NCBI GenBank assembly: GCA_049968235.1
Contig: JBMFRC010000010.1
Coordinates: 39,468 to 103,467, forward strand
Source: Candidatus Hydrogenedens sp.
GTDB lineage: Bacteria > Hydrogenedentota > Hydrogenedentia > Hydrogenedentales > Hydrogenedentaceae
Direction: 5' to 3'
Length of the DNA: 64,000 nucleotides
This document shows positions 29,150 to 38,858 of this stretch, piece by piece; position 1 is the first letter of the stretch, and the number at the start of each line of letters is the position of its first letter. Both the position numbers and the translations under genes were made by a program. A model generated the notes under the pieces. The model was not told the DNA's origin, searched no databases, and saw nothing but the letters and a program-made list of their open reading frames with translations.

Positions 29150-31873
29150 TTATTTTACAACAAATTTGTATGTTCCTGATGATAAGTCAAATACATCCTG
29201 TGTAGTTTCTGTTGTAACAGGTTCTACCTTAGGATTAGCCATTACTTTCATATTTTCTTTTTTGGGAACAACTACTTTTGCTTTACTATTGGGTGGAATA
29301 TTGATAACCATAGTAAGCGAACCATCAGGATTTTTATCCCATCGTGATAAAACACGACCGCGAACTGTGTCAATGTATGCCTGAGCGTAGTTTAAAGGTC
29401 CTTCCCATGGTTTCGGTGCAATTGTAAAATATTTGTAGCCGGGTTCAGGTAAACGGCGGATTCCGGCGATTCCACCAAAGAACCAATCCATTACACTTCC
29501 AAACATTTGATGATTGTGGGAATTCATTTCGGGTCCTGTTTTATATTCCCATAATTCCCATAAGGTAGTTGCACCTAATTCAATCATATATCCGTAACTT
29601 GGAAAATCTTTTTGTAAGACAACCTTATATGCGAGGTCTGCCATGTTATTATCATTCAAAACATCATAAACATATTTGGCACCTAAAATTCCGCAGTATA
29701 AATGTCCATTGCGTTTTACTTCGATTTCCTCTTTAAGTTTTTTCAGTGCAAGTTCTTTATATTCACCCTGAGCAATACCTAAAAAGAGTGGGAATATTTG
29801 CTGGAATTGGGTTCCTTCATAAGGGGTTCCATCCTTATCTTTACCATAGCAGTAGTAGCCTTTTTCTTTATTAAAGTACTTGTTATTGAATGCTTCGGCA
29901 ACTTTTTGTTTTTTATCATTAAAGTAATTTACATCGTCTTGTTTACCTAAAACACCGGCAAGTTCTTCTAAAACTACCGCAGTCCAGTAGTAGCACCCTG
30001 TTCCTATAGGTTCCATAGGTGATTTTTCGAGTGCTACCCAATCTCCATAATGACAATATTCCATAACTCCATCTTTTTCATCTTTTTCCATTGATTTAAA
30101 CCAACGGACGAGATTGTTGTAGTGCAATTCTACAACACGGCGGTTTTGGTAGTATCTCCAGGAATACCATGTAATCAATGGATAGGCTATTGCCCATGGA
30201 GGGGAACCTTTTTTATCGCCCCATATATTGGCTGGGCATGTATCCGGAATATATCCTTCAGGACTCTGTGAATCTGCAATATCCCATAGCCATTTCTGGT
30301 AATATGCGGCGACATCAAAATTCATAATCGTTGCCTCAGAAGCAAGGTGTGCATCTCCCATCCATCCCATTCGTTCATCTCTTTGTGGACAATCGGTCGG
30401 AATGCTCATATTATTTCCTAGAATAGCCCAAAGGACTATGTCGCGTATATTATTAATGAGTGGATTATCACATTCGAAATGACCTGATTTTGGAAGGTTG
30501 GAGTGGAATATTTGTGCTTCTAATTTATCTTCAGTAAGTTCACCCGGATAACCTGTTATCTCCGCATAGCGATAACCATGTTGTGTAAAGCGGGGCATGT
30601 ATTCTTCTTCTCCTTCTCCTTTCAGGATATATTCATCTGTTACTTTTGCACTTCGAATATTTTCTACATTCAAACGGCCATCTTCATATAACAGTTCTGC
30701 ATGTCTCATTCTTATCTTTGTTCCTGCGGGACCTTGTGCCTTAATTTTTATTACCCCTGTCATATTTTGACCGAAATCTACTATATAAACTTCTTCATTC
30801 TTATCAGGTCCGCCATCACTTCGTTTTGTGATGGATTTGGGTTTTAAATAACCTACGACCTGTATTGGAGGCATTACCTGTGCTACTAATTTTTCAGGTA
30901 TATGTTCAGACATGGCAACCGGTAACCAGTTGGAATCATCGTAATCTGCTGTATCCCAACCATTTTTCTCTAAACGAGCGTCATAGGTTTCACCGTGGTA
31001 TAAACTTTCACTTACAATAGGTCCTGTGCTTGCTTTCCATGTATTATCCGTAATGATTTTCTCTTTTGTCCCATCTTCATAGATTACATGTAATTCTAAC
31101 CAACCTGTGCATGTTTTTTTCCACCATCCATGTCCTAACATCATTCCAACTGCATTTTTTCCTTGTTTTAGCATTGGTGTTACATCATGGGTAACATACA
31201 GGGTTCTTTTCTCAAATACAGTATAAGCAGGGTCTAATATATGGTCACCCACTTTTTGGCCATTTACATGTAATTCTACATAACCGAGACCTGATACATA
31301 CGCTCGTGCCTGTTTTACAGGTTTTGTAAGTTCAAAAACTTTTCTTAACATAGGTGATATTCTTTTTCGCTCATATTCTTTTCGTTTATCATCCTTTACT
31401 GGCTCATCATCTTTTTCTGGATGTCGTATCCATTTTGCCGTCATCTCTTTTGTTGGATCCAAAAAAGCAGTTTCAAAATATGCAGGTTCACTAAAACGCG
31501 TTGTCTCACCATTCTGGTAGGTAACCTTAACTCGCCAATAGTATCTTGTAAAACTTTCCAATGCAGGTCCAGCATATTCGATGTGGACGTTATCTCCGGA
31601 TTCTATCTGTCCTGAGTCCCAAACATCAGGTTGATTCTGTAATAACTTTTCTGCTGATTTTGAAACCTGTATTTGATAAGATTTCTGAAACACCTCATAT
31701 CCATTTTCAGGTAAAATCCAACTGAAACGGGGTATATTTGTATCTATGCCTATAGGATTTGTTAAATACTCAACCCTTAAATTTAAGGGAGGTATCTGGG
31801 AATGGGCTACTGTTGGAATTACAGTAATAAGCAAAGTAAGTGCAATGGAAGTGATTAAATAAATTTTTAACAT
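29150..31873 (-). CDS. alpha-L-rhamnosidase (glycoside hydrolase family 78), secreted
   Basis: Signal peptide; N-terminal PLNLRVEYLTNPIGIDTNIPRFSW is the GH78 signature block; ~900 aa multi-domain layout. Confidence 0.8.
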   Translation of the reverse strand: MLKIYLITSIALTLLITVIPTVAHSQIPPLNLRVEYLTNPIGIDTNIPRFSWILPENGYEVFQKSYQIQVSKSAEKLLQNQPDVWDSGQIESGDNVHIEYAGPALESFTRYYWRVKVTYQNGETTRFSEPAYFETAFLDPTKEMTAKWIRHPEKDDEPVKDDKRKEYERKRISPMLRKVFELTKPVKQARAYVSGLGYVELHVNGQKVGDHILDPAYTVFEKRTLYVTHDVTPMLKQGKNAVGMMLGHGWWKKTCTGWLELHVIYEDGTKEKIITDNTWKASTGPIVSESLYHGETYDARLEKNGWDTADYDDSNWLPVAMSEHIPEKLVAQVMPPIQVVGYLKPKSITKRSDGGPDKNEEVYIVDFGQNMTGVIKIKAQGPAGTKIRMRHAELLYEDGRLNVENIRSAKVTDEYILKGEGEEEYMPRFTQHGYRYAEITGYPGELTEDKLEAQIFHSNLPKSGHFECDNPLINNIRDIVLWAILGNNMSIPTDCPQRDERMGWMGDAHLASEATIMNFDVAAYYQKWLWDIADSQSPEGYIPDTCPANIWGDKKGSPPWAIAYPLITWYSWRYYQNRRVVELHYNNLVRWFKSMEKDEKDGVMEYCHYGDWVALEKSPMEPIGTGCYYWTAVVLEELAGVLGKQDDVNYFNDKKQKVAEAFNNKYFNKEKGYYCYGKDKDGTPYEGTQFQQIFPLFLGIAQGEYKELALKKLKEEIEVKRNGHLYCGILGAKYVYDVLNDNNMADLAYKVVLQKDFPSYGYMIELGATTLWELWEYKTGPEMNSHNHQMFGSVMDWFFGGIAGIRRLPEPGYKYFTIAPKPWEGPLNYAQAYIDTVRGRVLSRWDKNPDGSLTMVINIPPNSKAKVVVPKKENMKVMANPKVEPVTTETTQDVFDLSSGTYKFVVK

Positions 31874-31910
31874 ATTGTTTCTCCTTATATTAAGTTTTTG
31901 TTTTTGCTTA

Positions 31911-32432
31911 TTAATTGAAATACTCGGTTTTAAATTTTAGTATAACATTACCTATATCTCGTGCAGATATAATCTCAAAATAAATATAGTTTGTTTCAAA
32001 TTTAATTATACCAAAACTTGCTTCATTTCCTCTGTCAATTGTTTTTTTTAAGTGTCCAGGATTAAAACAAATTTTATTATTTTCTTTTTTTATTATAGGA
32101 GTATGTGTATGTCCAAAACACTGAATATTACATTCTTTCCCACGACTTTTTAGTATAAGATCTATTGTATGAGCAAAGGCAATCTTTACATTATGGATTT
32201 CTTCAATAACGACTTTTGGTATTTTACCATCCTCAAACTGGTCACACCATAGACCGGGAACGACTTTAATGGGATAACCTGTAGAAATTAAATATTCGCC
32301 ATCCTCATAGTTATCACCGAGATGATAAATTGTATGAACGTTTCCTTCGTGTAATAAATAAGCACAAACTCTTTCCATTAAAAGAATATTCCCATGTGTA
32401 TCACTTATTACACCTATTGCTATATCTGACAC
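31911..32432 (-). CDS. YfcE/MJ0936-family metallophosphoesterase (phosphodiesterase)
   Basis: GVISDTHGN, HLGDN, GHTHTP motifs; 173 aa. Confidence 0.7.
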   Translation of the reverse strand: MSDIAIGVISDTHGNILLMERVCAYLLHEGNVHTIYHLGDNYEDGEYLISTGYPIKVVPGLWCDQFEDGKIPKVVIEEIHNVKIAFAHTIDLILKSRGKECNIQCFGHTHTPIIKKENNKICFNPGHLKKTIDRGNEASFGIIKFETNYIYFEIISARDIGNVILKFKTEYFN

Positions 32433-32457
32433 AGTTGAATTTCCTGAACTTTTTTGT

Positions 32458-32478
32458 TATTGTTATAACATAACAATA
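32458..32478. promoter_or_regulatory. perfect 9-3-9 inverted repeat TATTGTTAT-AAC-ATAACAATA, candidate Fur-family (Fur/PerR/Zur-like) operator
   Basis: Lies 44-64 nt upstream of the ferritin-like gene; A/T-rich TTGTTAT half-sites resemble Fur-family 7-1-7 boxes, but with a 3-nt spacer. Confidence 0.35.
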
Positions 32479-32521
32479 TTTGTTCATCAAATTAAAAAAT
32501 TTTTAATAGAAAGGAGTAATT

Positions 32522-33019
32522 ATGGGAACAAAAGGTAGAGAAATCGTAAAAATGGATGTTGAACATCTATTACTTCTTTTAAATAAAGCCTATTCTGATG
32601 AATGGTTTGCTTATTATCAATATTGGTTAGGCGCAAAGGTCGCAAAAGGACCTATGAAAGAGGCAGTCATGGCAGAACTTTTGCAACATGCAGGAGATGA
32701 ACTCAGACATGCAGATATGGTAGCCCTGAGAATAATCCAATTAGGTGGTTCTCCCGTAGAAAGTCCGAAACAGTGGTATGAAATGTCTAATTGTAGTTAT
32801 GACCCACCATCTGACCCGTATGTTCGCGTTCTTCTGGAACAGAATATTAAAGGCGAACAGTGTGCTATACAAACTTATAATGCACTCCTTGCGGAAACTA
32901 AGGAGGGAGACCCCGTAACTTATAATATGGTTTTACAAATACTTCAAGATGAAGTTATGCACGAAGAAGACCTTCAAGCTCTGTTGGAAGATTTGGACTT
33001 GATGACATCAAGAGGTTAA
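32522..33019 (+). CDS. ferritin-like diiron protein (bacterioferritin/Dps-like fold)
   Basis: Ferritin-like helix pattern with E..H ligands (AELLQHAGDELRHAD; EVMHEED); 165 aa; good RBS AAAGGAG. Confidence 0.55.
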   Translation: MGTKGREIVKMDVEHLLLLLNKAYSDEWFAYYQYWLGAKVAKGPMKEAVMAELLQHAGDELRHADMVALRIIQLGGSPVESPKQWYEMSNCSYDPPSDPYVRVLLEQNIKGEQCAIQTYNALLAETKEGDPVTYNMVLQILQDEVMHEEDLQALLEDLDLMTSRG

Positions 33020-34500
33020 TAAAATATTTCTTTATTTAATAGCCCTCTCTGTTGAAAATCGATGAGATGGGCTTTTAATTGTTGTCGTGCTAGAATAAGG
33101 CGTTCTTGCGGGATGTCATCGTAGGATTTTATTAATAACTCTTCAAAAGAAGTAATACCACTATTTATATTTTGAAGTATCTTTTCTTCTCGTTGTTTGC
33201 GATGTTGGGTTAGTATGTCAATAATCAGATTTCCTGACATATTGAACCATGGGACACCATGACCGGGAATTAACAAATCAATTTTTAATTGATTTAACTT
33301 ATTTAATGAGTCCATATACTCGGACATTGACCCTTCCTCATCCGGGTCAATAACAACAGGTCCTTCTGAACTTATCATATCTCCAGCAATTAATGTTTGA
33401 GTTGTTGTTTCATAATAACAAAGATGTCCTTTTACATGGCCCGGAGTAGAAATAATATTTATTATCCACGGGAAATCCCTATCATTTAAGACAAACTGTT
33501 GCCCATCTCCTATTGTTTTATCGATAGGAATATTTCCTCTTTGGGCAGATTCAAAGGATGCGTATTTAGGTATATCAAAATGTTTTGATATTATATCTAT
33601 CCCTTTAGCGTGGTCTGAGTGTTCATGAGTTATACAAACCCCTACATACTTTGAGCCTGTCCTAATAAAATGTTCTAACCAATAAATCATTTCTTCAATA
33701 CTTTCTTCTTTCCCTTCTCCAGGGTCAATAATAATCATCTCTTTTTTCCCAATAACAATGGAATTCACATTTTTAAAAAATGTTTGTGGTGGTGCTGGTA
33801 ATGGAAATATATGTACACCTGCTCTTGGATGAAAATATGAATAACCATTATCCTTCCATGGAATTTTTTTTAGGTATTGATAGGCATTGGGAAAAGAAAA
33901 TGCTTCTATCTGCTCTAAAATAAATGCAACAGGTGTAGAAATAGATATTTCCTGCTTGTGCCAACGGTATAGAATGTTTTGAGGTGTATCCCATTCTATT
34001 AAATCAACTTCTTCATTCTTTTTACCTTCAATTACATAATATTCAGGTTTCCATTCGATAAAGAAAAAATAAGTTTCAAATCTTTGGGGTAAACCGGGTG
34101 GTGTAATCCACGGTCCAGAAAAAAAGTATTCGTCCAAATTTAATTTAAGATTAAATTTTTTTTGTACCTCTACAAAATTTATTTCTCTGTGATGGAACCG
34201 CTCCCATATTTCGTTTAACTCTTCATTAGAAATATTTTTCTTTATCTGTATAGGAAGATATCCTGTTTCCTCAAATGTTTCACGAATGGCTCCTACCAGA
34301 GCAGATTTAATTTTTTCACTATTAGAACCAAATACTTCACATTTCTTATCTTCTTCTTCGATACTACCACCGGGAAATGCGTGATGTCCCGGTAAAAAAG
34401 ATAATGTCTCTCCCCTTTTTATAACTAAAACTTCTATGTCTCGTTTATTTTTTCTCCAAACAACACAAACTCCTGCAAGTTTTATAGAATTAAAACTCAT
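33016..34500 (-). CDS. bifunctional-architecture protein: N-terminal NUDIX hydrolase + C-terminal MBL-fold metallo-hydrolase
   Basis: NUDIX box GAIRETFEETGYL (GX5EX7REUXEEXGU); MBL motif CITHEHSDHAKG (HxHxDH) plus downstream His. Confidence 0.65.
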   Translation of the reverse strand: MSFNSIKLAGVCVVWRKNKRDIEVLVIKRGETLSFLPGHHAFPGGSIEEEDKKCEVFGSNSEKIKSALVGAIRETFEETGYLPIQIKKNISNEELNEIWERFHHREINFVEVQKKFNLKLNLDEYFFSGPWITPPGLPQRFETYFFFIEWKPEYYVIEGKKNEEVDLIEWDTPQNILYRWHKQEISISTPVAFILEQIEAFSFPNAYQYLKKIPWKDNGYSYFHPRAGVHIFPLPAPPQTFFKNVNSIVIGKKEMIIIDPGEGKEESIEEMIYWLEHFIRTGSKYVGVCITHEHSDHAKGIDIISKHFDIPKYASFESAQRGNIPIDKTIGDGQQFVLNDRDFPWIINIISTPGHVKGHLCYYETTTQTLIAGDMISSEGPVVIDPDEEGSMSEYMDSLNKLNQLKIDLLIPGHGVPWFNMSGNLIIDILTQHRKQREEKILQNINSGITSFEELLIKSYDDIPQERLILARQQLKAHLIDFQQRGLLNKEIFY

Positions 34501-34588
34501 TTTTTTAACTCCGCAATTTTTAATAAAATATAAGTTCTTATTAACTTATATTAATTCAACATTTTACAACATTTCCGAGGATTTAATA

Positions 34589-35767
34589 ATGTATATTTCA
34601 AAAAGGTTTGAAAATTATGAACTATCCGGTGGATTAAATCCAATTGCAGAGGCACATCGATACTATATTTCACAAGGGAAAGAACTCTTTGACTTAACCC
34701 TTTCAAATCCAACAAAAGCAAACTTTTTGTATCCCGAAACTGAAATATTACAAGCATTATCTAAAAGCCAATCTTTATTGTATGAACCTACTCCTAAAGG
34801 CTCTTACGAAGCAAGAGAAACCATATCTCTGTATTATTCTTCACTTGGTTTTTCTGTCTCTGTGGATGATATATTTCTAACATCAGGAACATCTGAAGGT
34901 TATTCCTATATTATTAAATTAATTTGTAATCCTGATGATGAAATATTAGTACCCGCTCCTTCCTATCCATTACTCGATTTTATTGCTTCTTTAGAATTGG
35001 TTAAAGTTGTTCCGTACCATTTTGAAGAACAAAATAATTCCTGGTTTCTCTCCACAAAGAATATCATCAATTCTGTAAATAATAAAACAAAACTTTTATT
35101 TCTTGTACAGCCGAATAATCCGATAGGGAATATACTTTCTCATGTAGAAATTCATGACTTACTTTCTTTCGCTGAAGAATATAATCTTGTAATAGTAGTT
35201 GATGAAGTTTTTCGGGACTACCTTTTTTCCAATGAATCGCCTCATTTATTTTCTTCATCCCAGATACCTATTTTTACTCTTAATGGCATTTCAAAAACTC
35301 TTGCATTACCTCAACTCAAATTAAGTTGGTTTGTCTGTTCCTGTCCTGAAAACAGGAAAAAGGAATTATACGAAGGTTTAGAAATAATTGCTGATACATA
35401 TCTTTCTGTCAATACACCGGTTCAAGTAGCATTAGCAGATTTATTCCAAATAAAAGATTCTATACAGATACAAATACAAAATAGAATATCCAATAATCTG
35501 AAGTACGCCATAACCCAATTTTCTAAATGTCCTTATATCACTTCTTATCCACCTCAGGGAGGTTGGTATCTTGTTATAAAAATTTCTAATACCATAGAAT
35601 CAGAAGAGAAATTAATTATTGATTTGCTAAATCAGACCGGTGTATATGTCCATCCGGGGGGTATGTTTCGTTTTCCTGATAATAATTTTTATATGATTTT
35701 AAGTTTACTGCCAGAAGAAAACATATTCCAGGAGGGTATTCAAAGAATTATTAAGTATTTTAGTTAA
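34589..35767 (+). CDS. PLP-dependent aminotransferase (class I/II fold)
   Basis: Aminotransferase-like blocks; NGISKTLALPQLKLSW fits the PLP-Lys region. ATG 34589 follows GAGGA; the ORF-track start at 34436 overlaps the upstream gene and is rejected. Confidence 0.5.
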   Translation: MYISKRFENYELSGGLNPIAEAHRYYISQGKELFDLTLSNPTKANFLYPETEILQALSKSQSLLYEPTPKGSYEARETISLYYSSLGFSVSVDDIFLTSGTSEGYSYIIKLICNPDDEILVPAPSYPLLDFIASLELVKVVPYHFEEQNNSWFLSTKNIINSVNNKTKLLFLVQPNNPIGNILSHVEIHDLLSFAEEYNLVIVVDEVFRDYLFSNESPHLFSSSQIPIFTLNGISKTLALPQLKLSWFVCSCPENRKKELYEGLEIIADTYLSVNTPVQVALADLFQIKDSIQIQIQNRISNNLKYAITQFSKCPYITSYPPQGGWYLVIKISNTIESEEKLIIDLLNQTGVYVHPGGMFRFPDNNFYMILSLLPEENIFQEGIQRIIKYFS

Positions 35768-35774
35768 TCTCTAT

Positions 35775-37622
35775 TTATTTAGGTACAGGGAAAAATGTTG
35801 ACATAGCAAATTCTTCTTCAAATTCCGGGATAGTAGATAAGTCAATATGTTTAATATGCCTTGATATTTCTTTGATATTATCCCTCAATTCTTTGTTTAT
35901 TAAAGCGTATTTTGCCCCTGCCAAACTACTATTGCCAATAAAATCTATTTTTGAATCAACAATTTCTTTTGGAATAATTCCAATCGTTTTCAAATTTTCT
36001 TTGTTCAGATGAAAACCAAATGTCCCTGCAATATATATTTTGTCTATTGCTGAAAGTCCTATTCCGGCTTTTTTTGTTAACAGTTTTATTCCACATTTTA
36101 TAGCGGAACATGATAATTGTAATTGTCTTACATCACGGGCTGAAAGGAATACTTTTTTGTCTTTATTATGAAATACTTTAAAAATGACATTCGAATTATA
36201 CGTTTCTACTCTTTTACGAATTTTTTCGGGGATATTCATGTTATTTGTTAATTCTGATAACATTCTTCCTGTGGTATCAATAACCTTCATCTTTAACAGG
36301 ATTGCTAACAAATCTATCAAAGCACTTCCACACATTCCTATGGGTTCTATATTCCCAATTACCTTTATATCTATATCATCATCCTTAAATATTATTCTTT
36401 CTATTGCACCGATAGATGCTCTCATACCACACTCTATCCGTACACCTTCAAAGGCAGGACCTACTGCAGTGGATGTTGCCCATAGATTTCTTTTGTTAGA
36501 TACAACAATTTCACCATTTGTGCCTAAATCAACAAAAATAAATGAATTCTCTTCTTTTAAGGCATTTATAGCCAGTAAACCAGCGGAAATATCTCCTCCG
36601 ACAAAACCTCCAATTGCAGGGTAAATATACATTTTTGCTTCCGGATGTGTATGTATGCCTATTTCTTTTGTTGGTAGCGTAAGACTACTTATAAAAGTTG
36701 GCATAAAGGGATATTCGCCAAGTGATGAAGGGTCTAAATCTAACAACAAATGTATCATTGTTGTATTTCCTGCAATTACAACATCGTAAATATCATTTTG
36801 ATTTATTCCTGCTTTCTCTATCAATTGCGCAATAAGGTTATTAATCCCCGATACAACACTTTTTTGCATTAATTTTTTATTATCTTCGGATTGTATGGCA
36901 TACGATATCCTACTTATAACATCATCACCATATAATATTTGTGGATTCAGTTCTGATATATCTCCATGAATTTTTCCAGATACTAAATTTATAAGTTCTA
37001 CTGCAATGGAAGTTGTTCCTAAATCTACCGCAATACCATATAAACCATTATATTCTTCTTCTCTTTTTATATCTAATATCTGATTTTCAGTGTATATTAA
37101 AATATAAGATTTTTTTATATCTTTTTTAATATGTGCTATTTTTTTTAATATCTGGACAGAAACATATTTCTCACCGATGAGATTAAAAATATAATCCAGA
37201 TATGACTTTGACTTTTTTATTTCTTCTTCGATATGTAATTTTATTACATGAATAAGGGGGTTGACCTTTGTTTCAATTTTTATCTGGTAGGGTTTCCTGT
37301 ATCTATATATTTCTTTTTGTTTATCTATATGTATTTGCGGTAAATAAACAATAATGTCTGTTTCTAAAATGAATTGACATGAATTAACACGCAAACGCGA
37401 TTTTCCTCCCTCTAACTCTTGACTTCGTTTTTCTATATATTCTATTTCCACTAAACATTTTCCGCATATTCCTCTTCTACCACATGAGGAGGGAACAATA
37501 TATCCATGTTCATATAAGGCATCTATTAAAATACTTCCTTTTTTTACTCTTATTTCTTTATTTGTTGGCATAATTTTTATTAATATATCACCCAAAATAG
37601 ATTCCTTTCTTGTTATTCTCAA
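35775..37622 (-). CDS. RACo-like protein: N-terminal plant-type [2Fe-2S] ferredoxin + ASKHA (DUF4445-like) ATPase domain
   Basis: Cys pattern CGRRGICGKC...C (CX4CX2C...C); ASKHA phosphate motifs GIAVDLGTTSIAV and IFVDLGTNGEIVV; 615 aa as in reductive activators of corrinoid proteins. Confidence 0.6.
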   Translation of the reverse strand: MRITRKESILGDILIKIMPTNKEIRVKKGSILIDALYEHGYIVPSSCGRRGICGKCLVEIEYIEKRSQELEGGKSRLRVNSCQFILETDIIVYLPQIHIDKQKEIYRYRKPYQIKIETKVNPLIHVIKLHIEEEIKKSKSYLDYIFNLIGEKYVSVQILKKIAHIKKDIKKSYILIYTENQILDIKREEEYNGLYGIAVDLGTTSIAVELINLVSGKIHGDISELNPQILYGDDVISRISYAIQSEDNKKLMQKSVVSGINNLIAQLIEKAGINQNDIYDVVIAGNTTMIHLLLDLDPSSLGEYPFMPTFISSLTLPTKEIGIHTHPEAKMYIYPAIGGFVGGDISAGLLAINALKEENSFIFVDLGTNGEIVVSNKRNLWATSTAVGPAFEGVRIECGMRASIGAIERIIFKDDDIDIKVIGNIEPIGMCGSALIDLLAILLKMKVIDTTGRMLSELTNNMNIPEKIRKRVETYNSNVIFKVFHNKDKKVFLSARDVRQLQLSCSAIKCGIKLLTKKAGIGLSAIDKIYIAGTFGFHLNKENLKTIGIIPKEIVDSKIDFIGNSSLAGAKYALINKELRDNIKEISRHIKHIDLSTIPEFEEEFAMSTFFPVPK

Positions 37623-37691
37623 CTTCTCACATTTTATATGATATTATAATGAAAAACCATTGGAATTCTTATAGTTTGGAATTATATTTAT

Positions 37692-38849
37692 ATGAAAGGT
37701 TTTTGGTATTTTTTGCCTGCACAATTCAGGTCTATTATATCCGCGTGGATAAATGCTCCTGTTTTTCCGACCATTTTACAAATAGAACCTACAAATCGTT
37801 GTAACCTGAAGTGTATTATGTGTCCTCATGGTTGTAATAAAATTTCCGAATACAATGATTTATCTTTTCCTATATTAACAAAGATTATAGAGGATATATT
37901 TGAATATAAATACTTAAAGGGTGTTCATATTCAAGGATTAGGAGAACCGCTTTTATATCCTGATTTGCTCAACGCCATAAGGTTTTGTAAAGAAAAAAAT
38001 TTAGAGACTTATTTTAATTCAAATTTGACAATAATGTCAGAGGAAATAGCGGAAAAACTGGTTGAATTTCAACACGACAAAATTGCAGTTTCCATTGAAT
38101 CGGTCAATCCAGAATTATATTTGTGGATACGCCCCGGTTCAAAAAATCATTCTCTTCATAGGGTATTGAATAATATAAATATTCTTGCTAAAACAAAGAA
38201 GAAAAAGAATTCTCGATATCCAGTTATTGCAGTCCATTCTATATTATTCAAAAGTATGATAGACCAAATACCGGATATGGTCCACACTTTAAAGGAAACA
38301 GGAGCAAATATGTTGTGTTTTCAACACTTAATTACAATTGGTATTCCTGATGATAAAATACTTCCCGATGGCAAACCTATCAAAGATGAGTGTGTCCAGA
38401 ATCTTTCCATTGCTGAAAAAAAAGAAATATTACAATTAATTCGTTCATTAAATTCAGTAGATTTTGAAGTTATTCCTCCACATGATTTTGATTTTTTTGA
38501 TGAAGTGTTACCACCTCATGAAGGAATACTTACATGTTTCGATTTGTGGGAAAAACCTACAATATTAGCAAATGGTGATTTTATGCCCTGTTGTTATACG
38601 CTCGGCTATCATCAGTTTTTAATGGGAAATATTTATGATACAGATTTTAAATCTATCTGGTTTAATGATAAATATAAGGACCTTCGATGGCAACATGTTA
38701 GTGGCAACTTAAATCCTGTTTGTGCTAATTGTAGTCAGTTGTATCAGGTAACACACCCTTCTTCAAAATTATTTTTCGAAGGTAAAGTAGAAAAATTTCA
38801 TTTTTATCCTAATACATTTCTGGGAACTCAAAAATATTCTTTTTACTGA
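37692..38849 (+). CDS. radical SAM protein with Cys-rich C-terminal (SPASM/twitch-like) extension
   Basis: CNLKCIMC (CX3CX2C), GLGEPLL SAM-binding motif; C-terminal cysteines (CFDLW, PCCY, CANCSQ). Confidence 0.65.
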   Translation: MKGFWYFLPAQFRSIISAWINAPVFPTILQIEPTNRCNLKCIMCPHGCNKISEYNDLSFPILTKIIEDIFEYKYLKGVHIQGLGEPLLYPDLLNAIRFCKEKNLETYFNSNLTIMSEEIAEKLVEFQHDKIAVSIESVNPELYLWIRPGSKNHSLHRVLNNINILAKTKKKKNSRYPVIAVHSILFKSMIDQIPDMVHTLKETGANMLCFQHLITIGIPDDKILPDGKPIKDECVQNLSIAEKKEILQLIRSLNSVDFEVIPPHDFDFFDEVLPPHEGILTCFDLWEKPTILANGDFMPCCYTLGYHQFLMGNIYDTDFKSIWFNDKYKDLRWQHVSGNLNPVCANCSQLYQVTHPSSKLFFEGKVEKFHFYPNTFLGTQKYSFY

Positions 38850-38858
38850 TGGTTTAAT

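Noticed and set aside
34436-34588. ORF-track extension of the aminotransferase upstream of 34589
   Set aside because: It overlaps the convergent NUDIX-MBL gene end. The ATG at 34589 has a GAGGA RBS.
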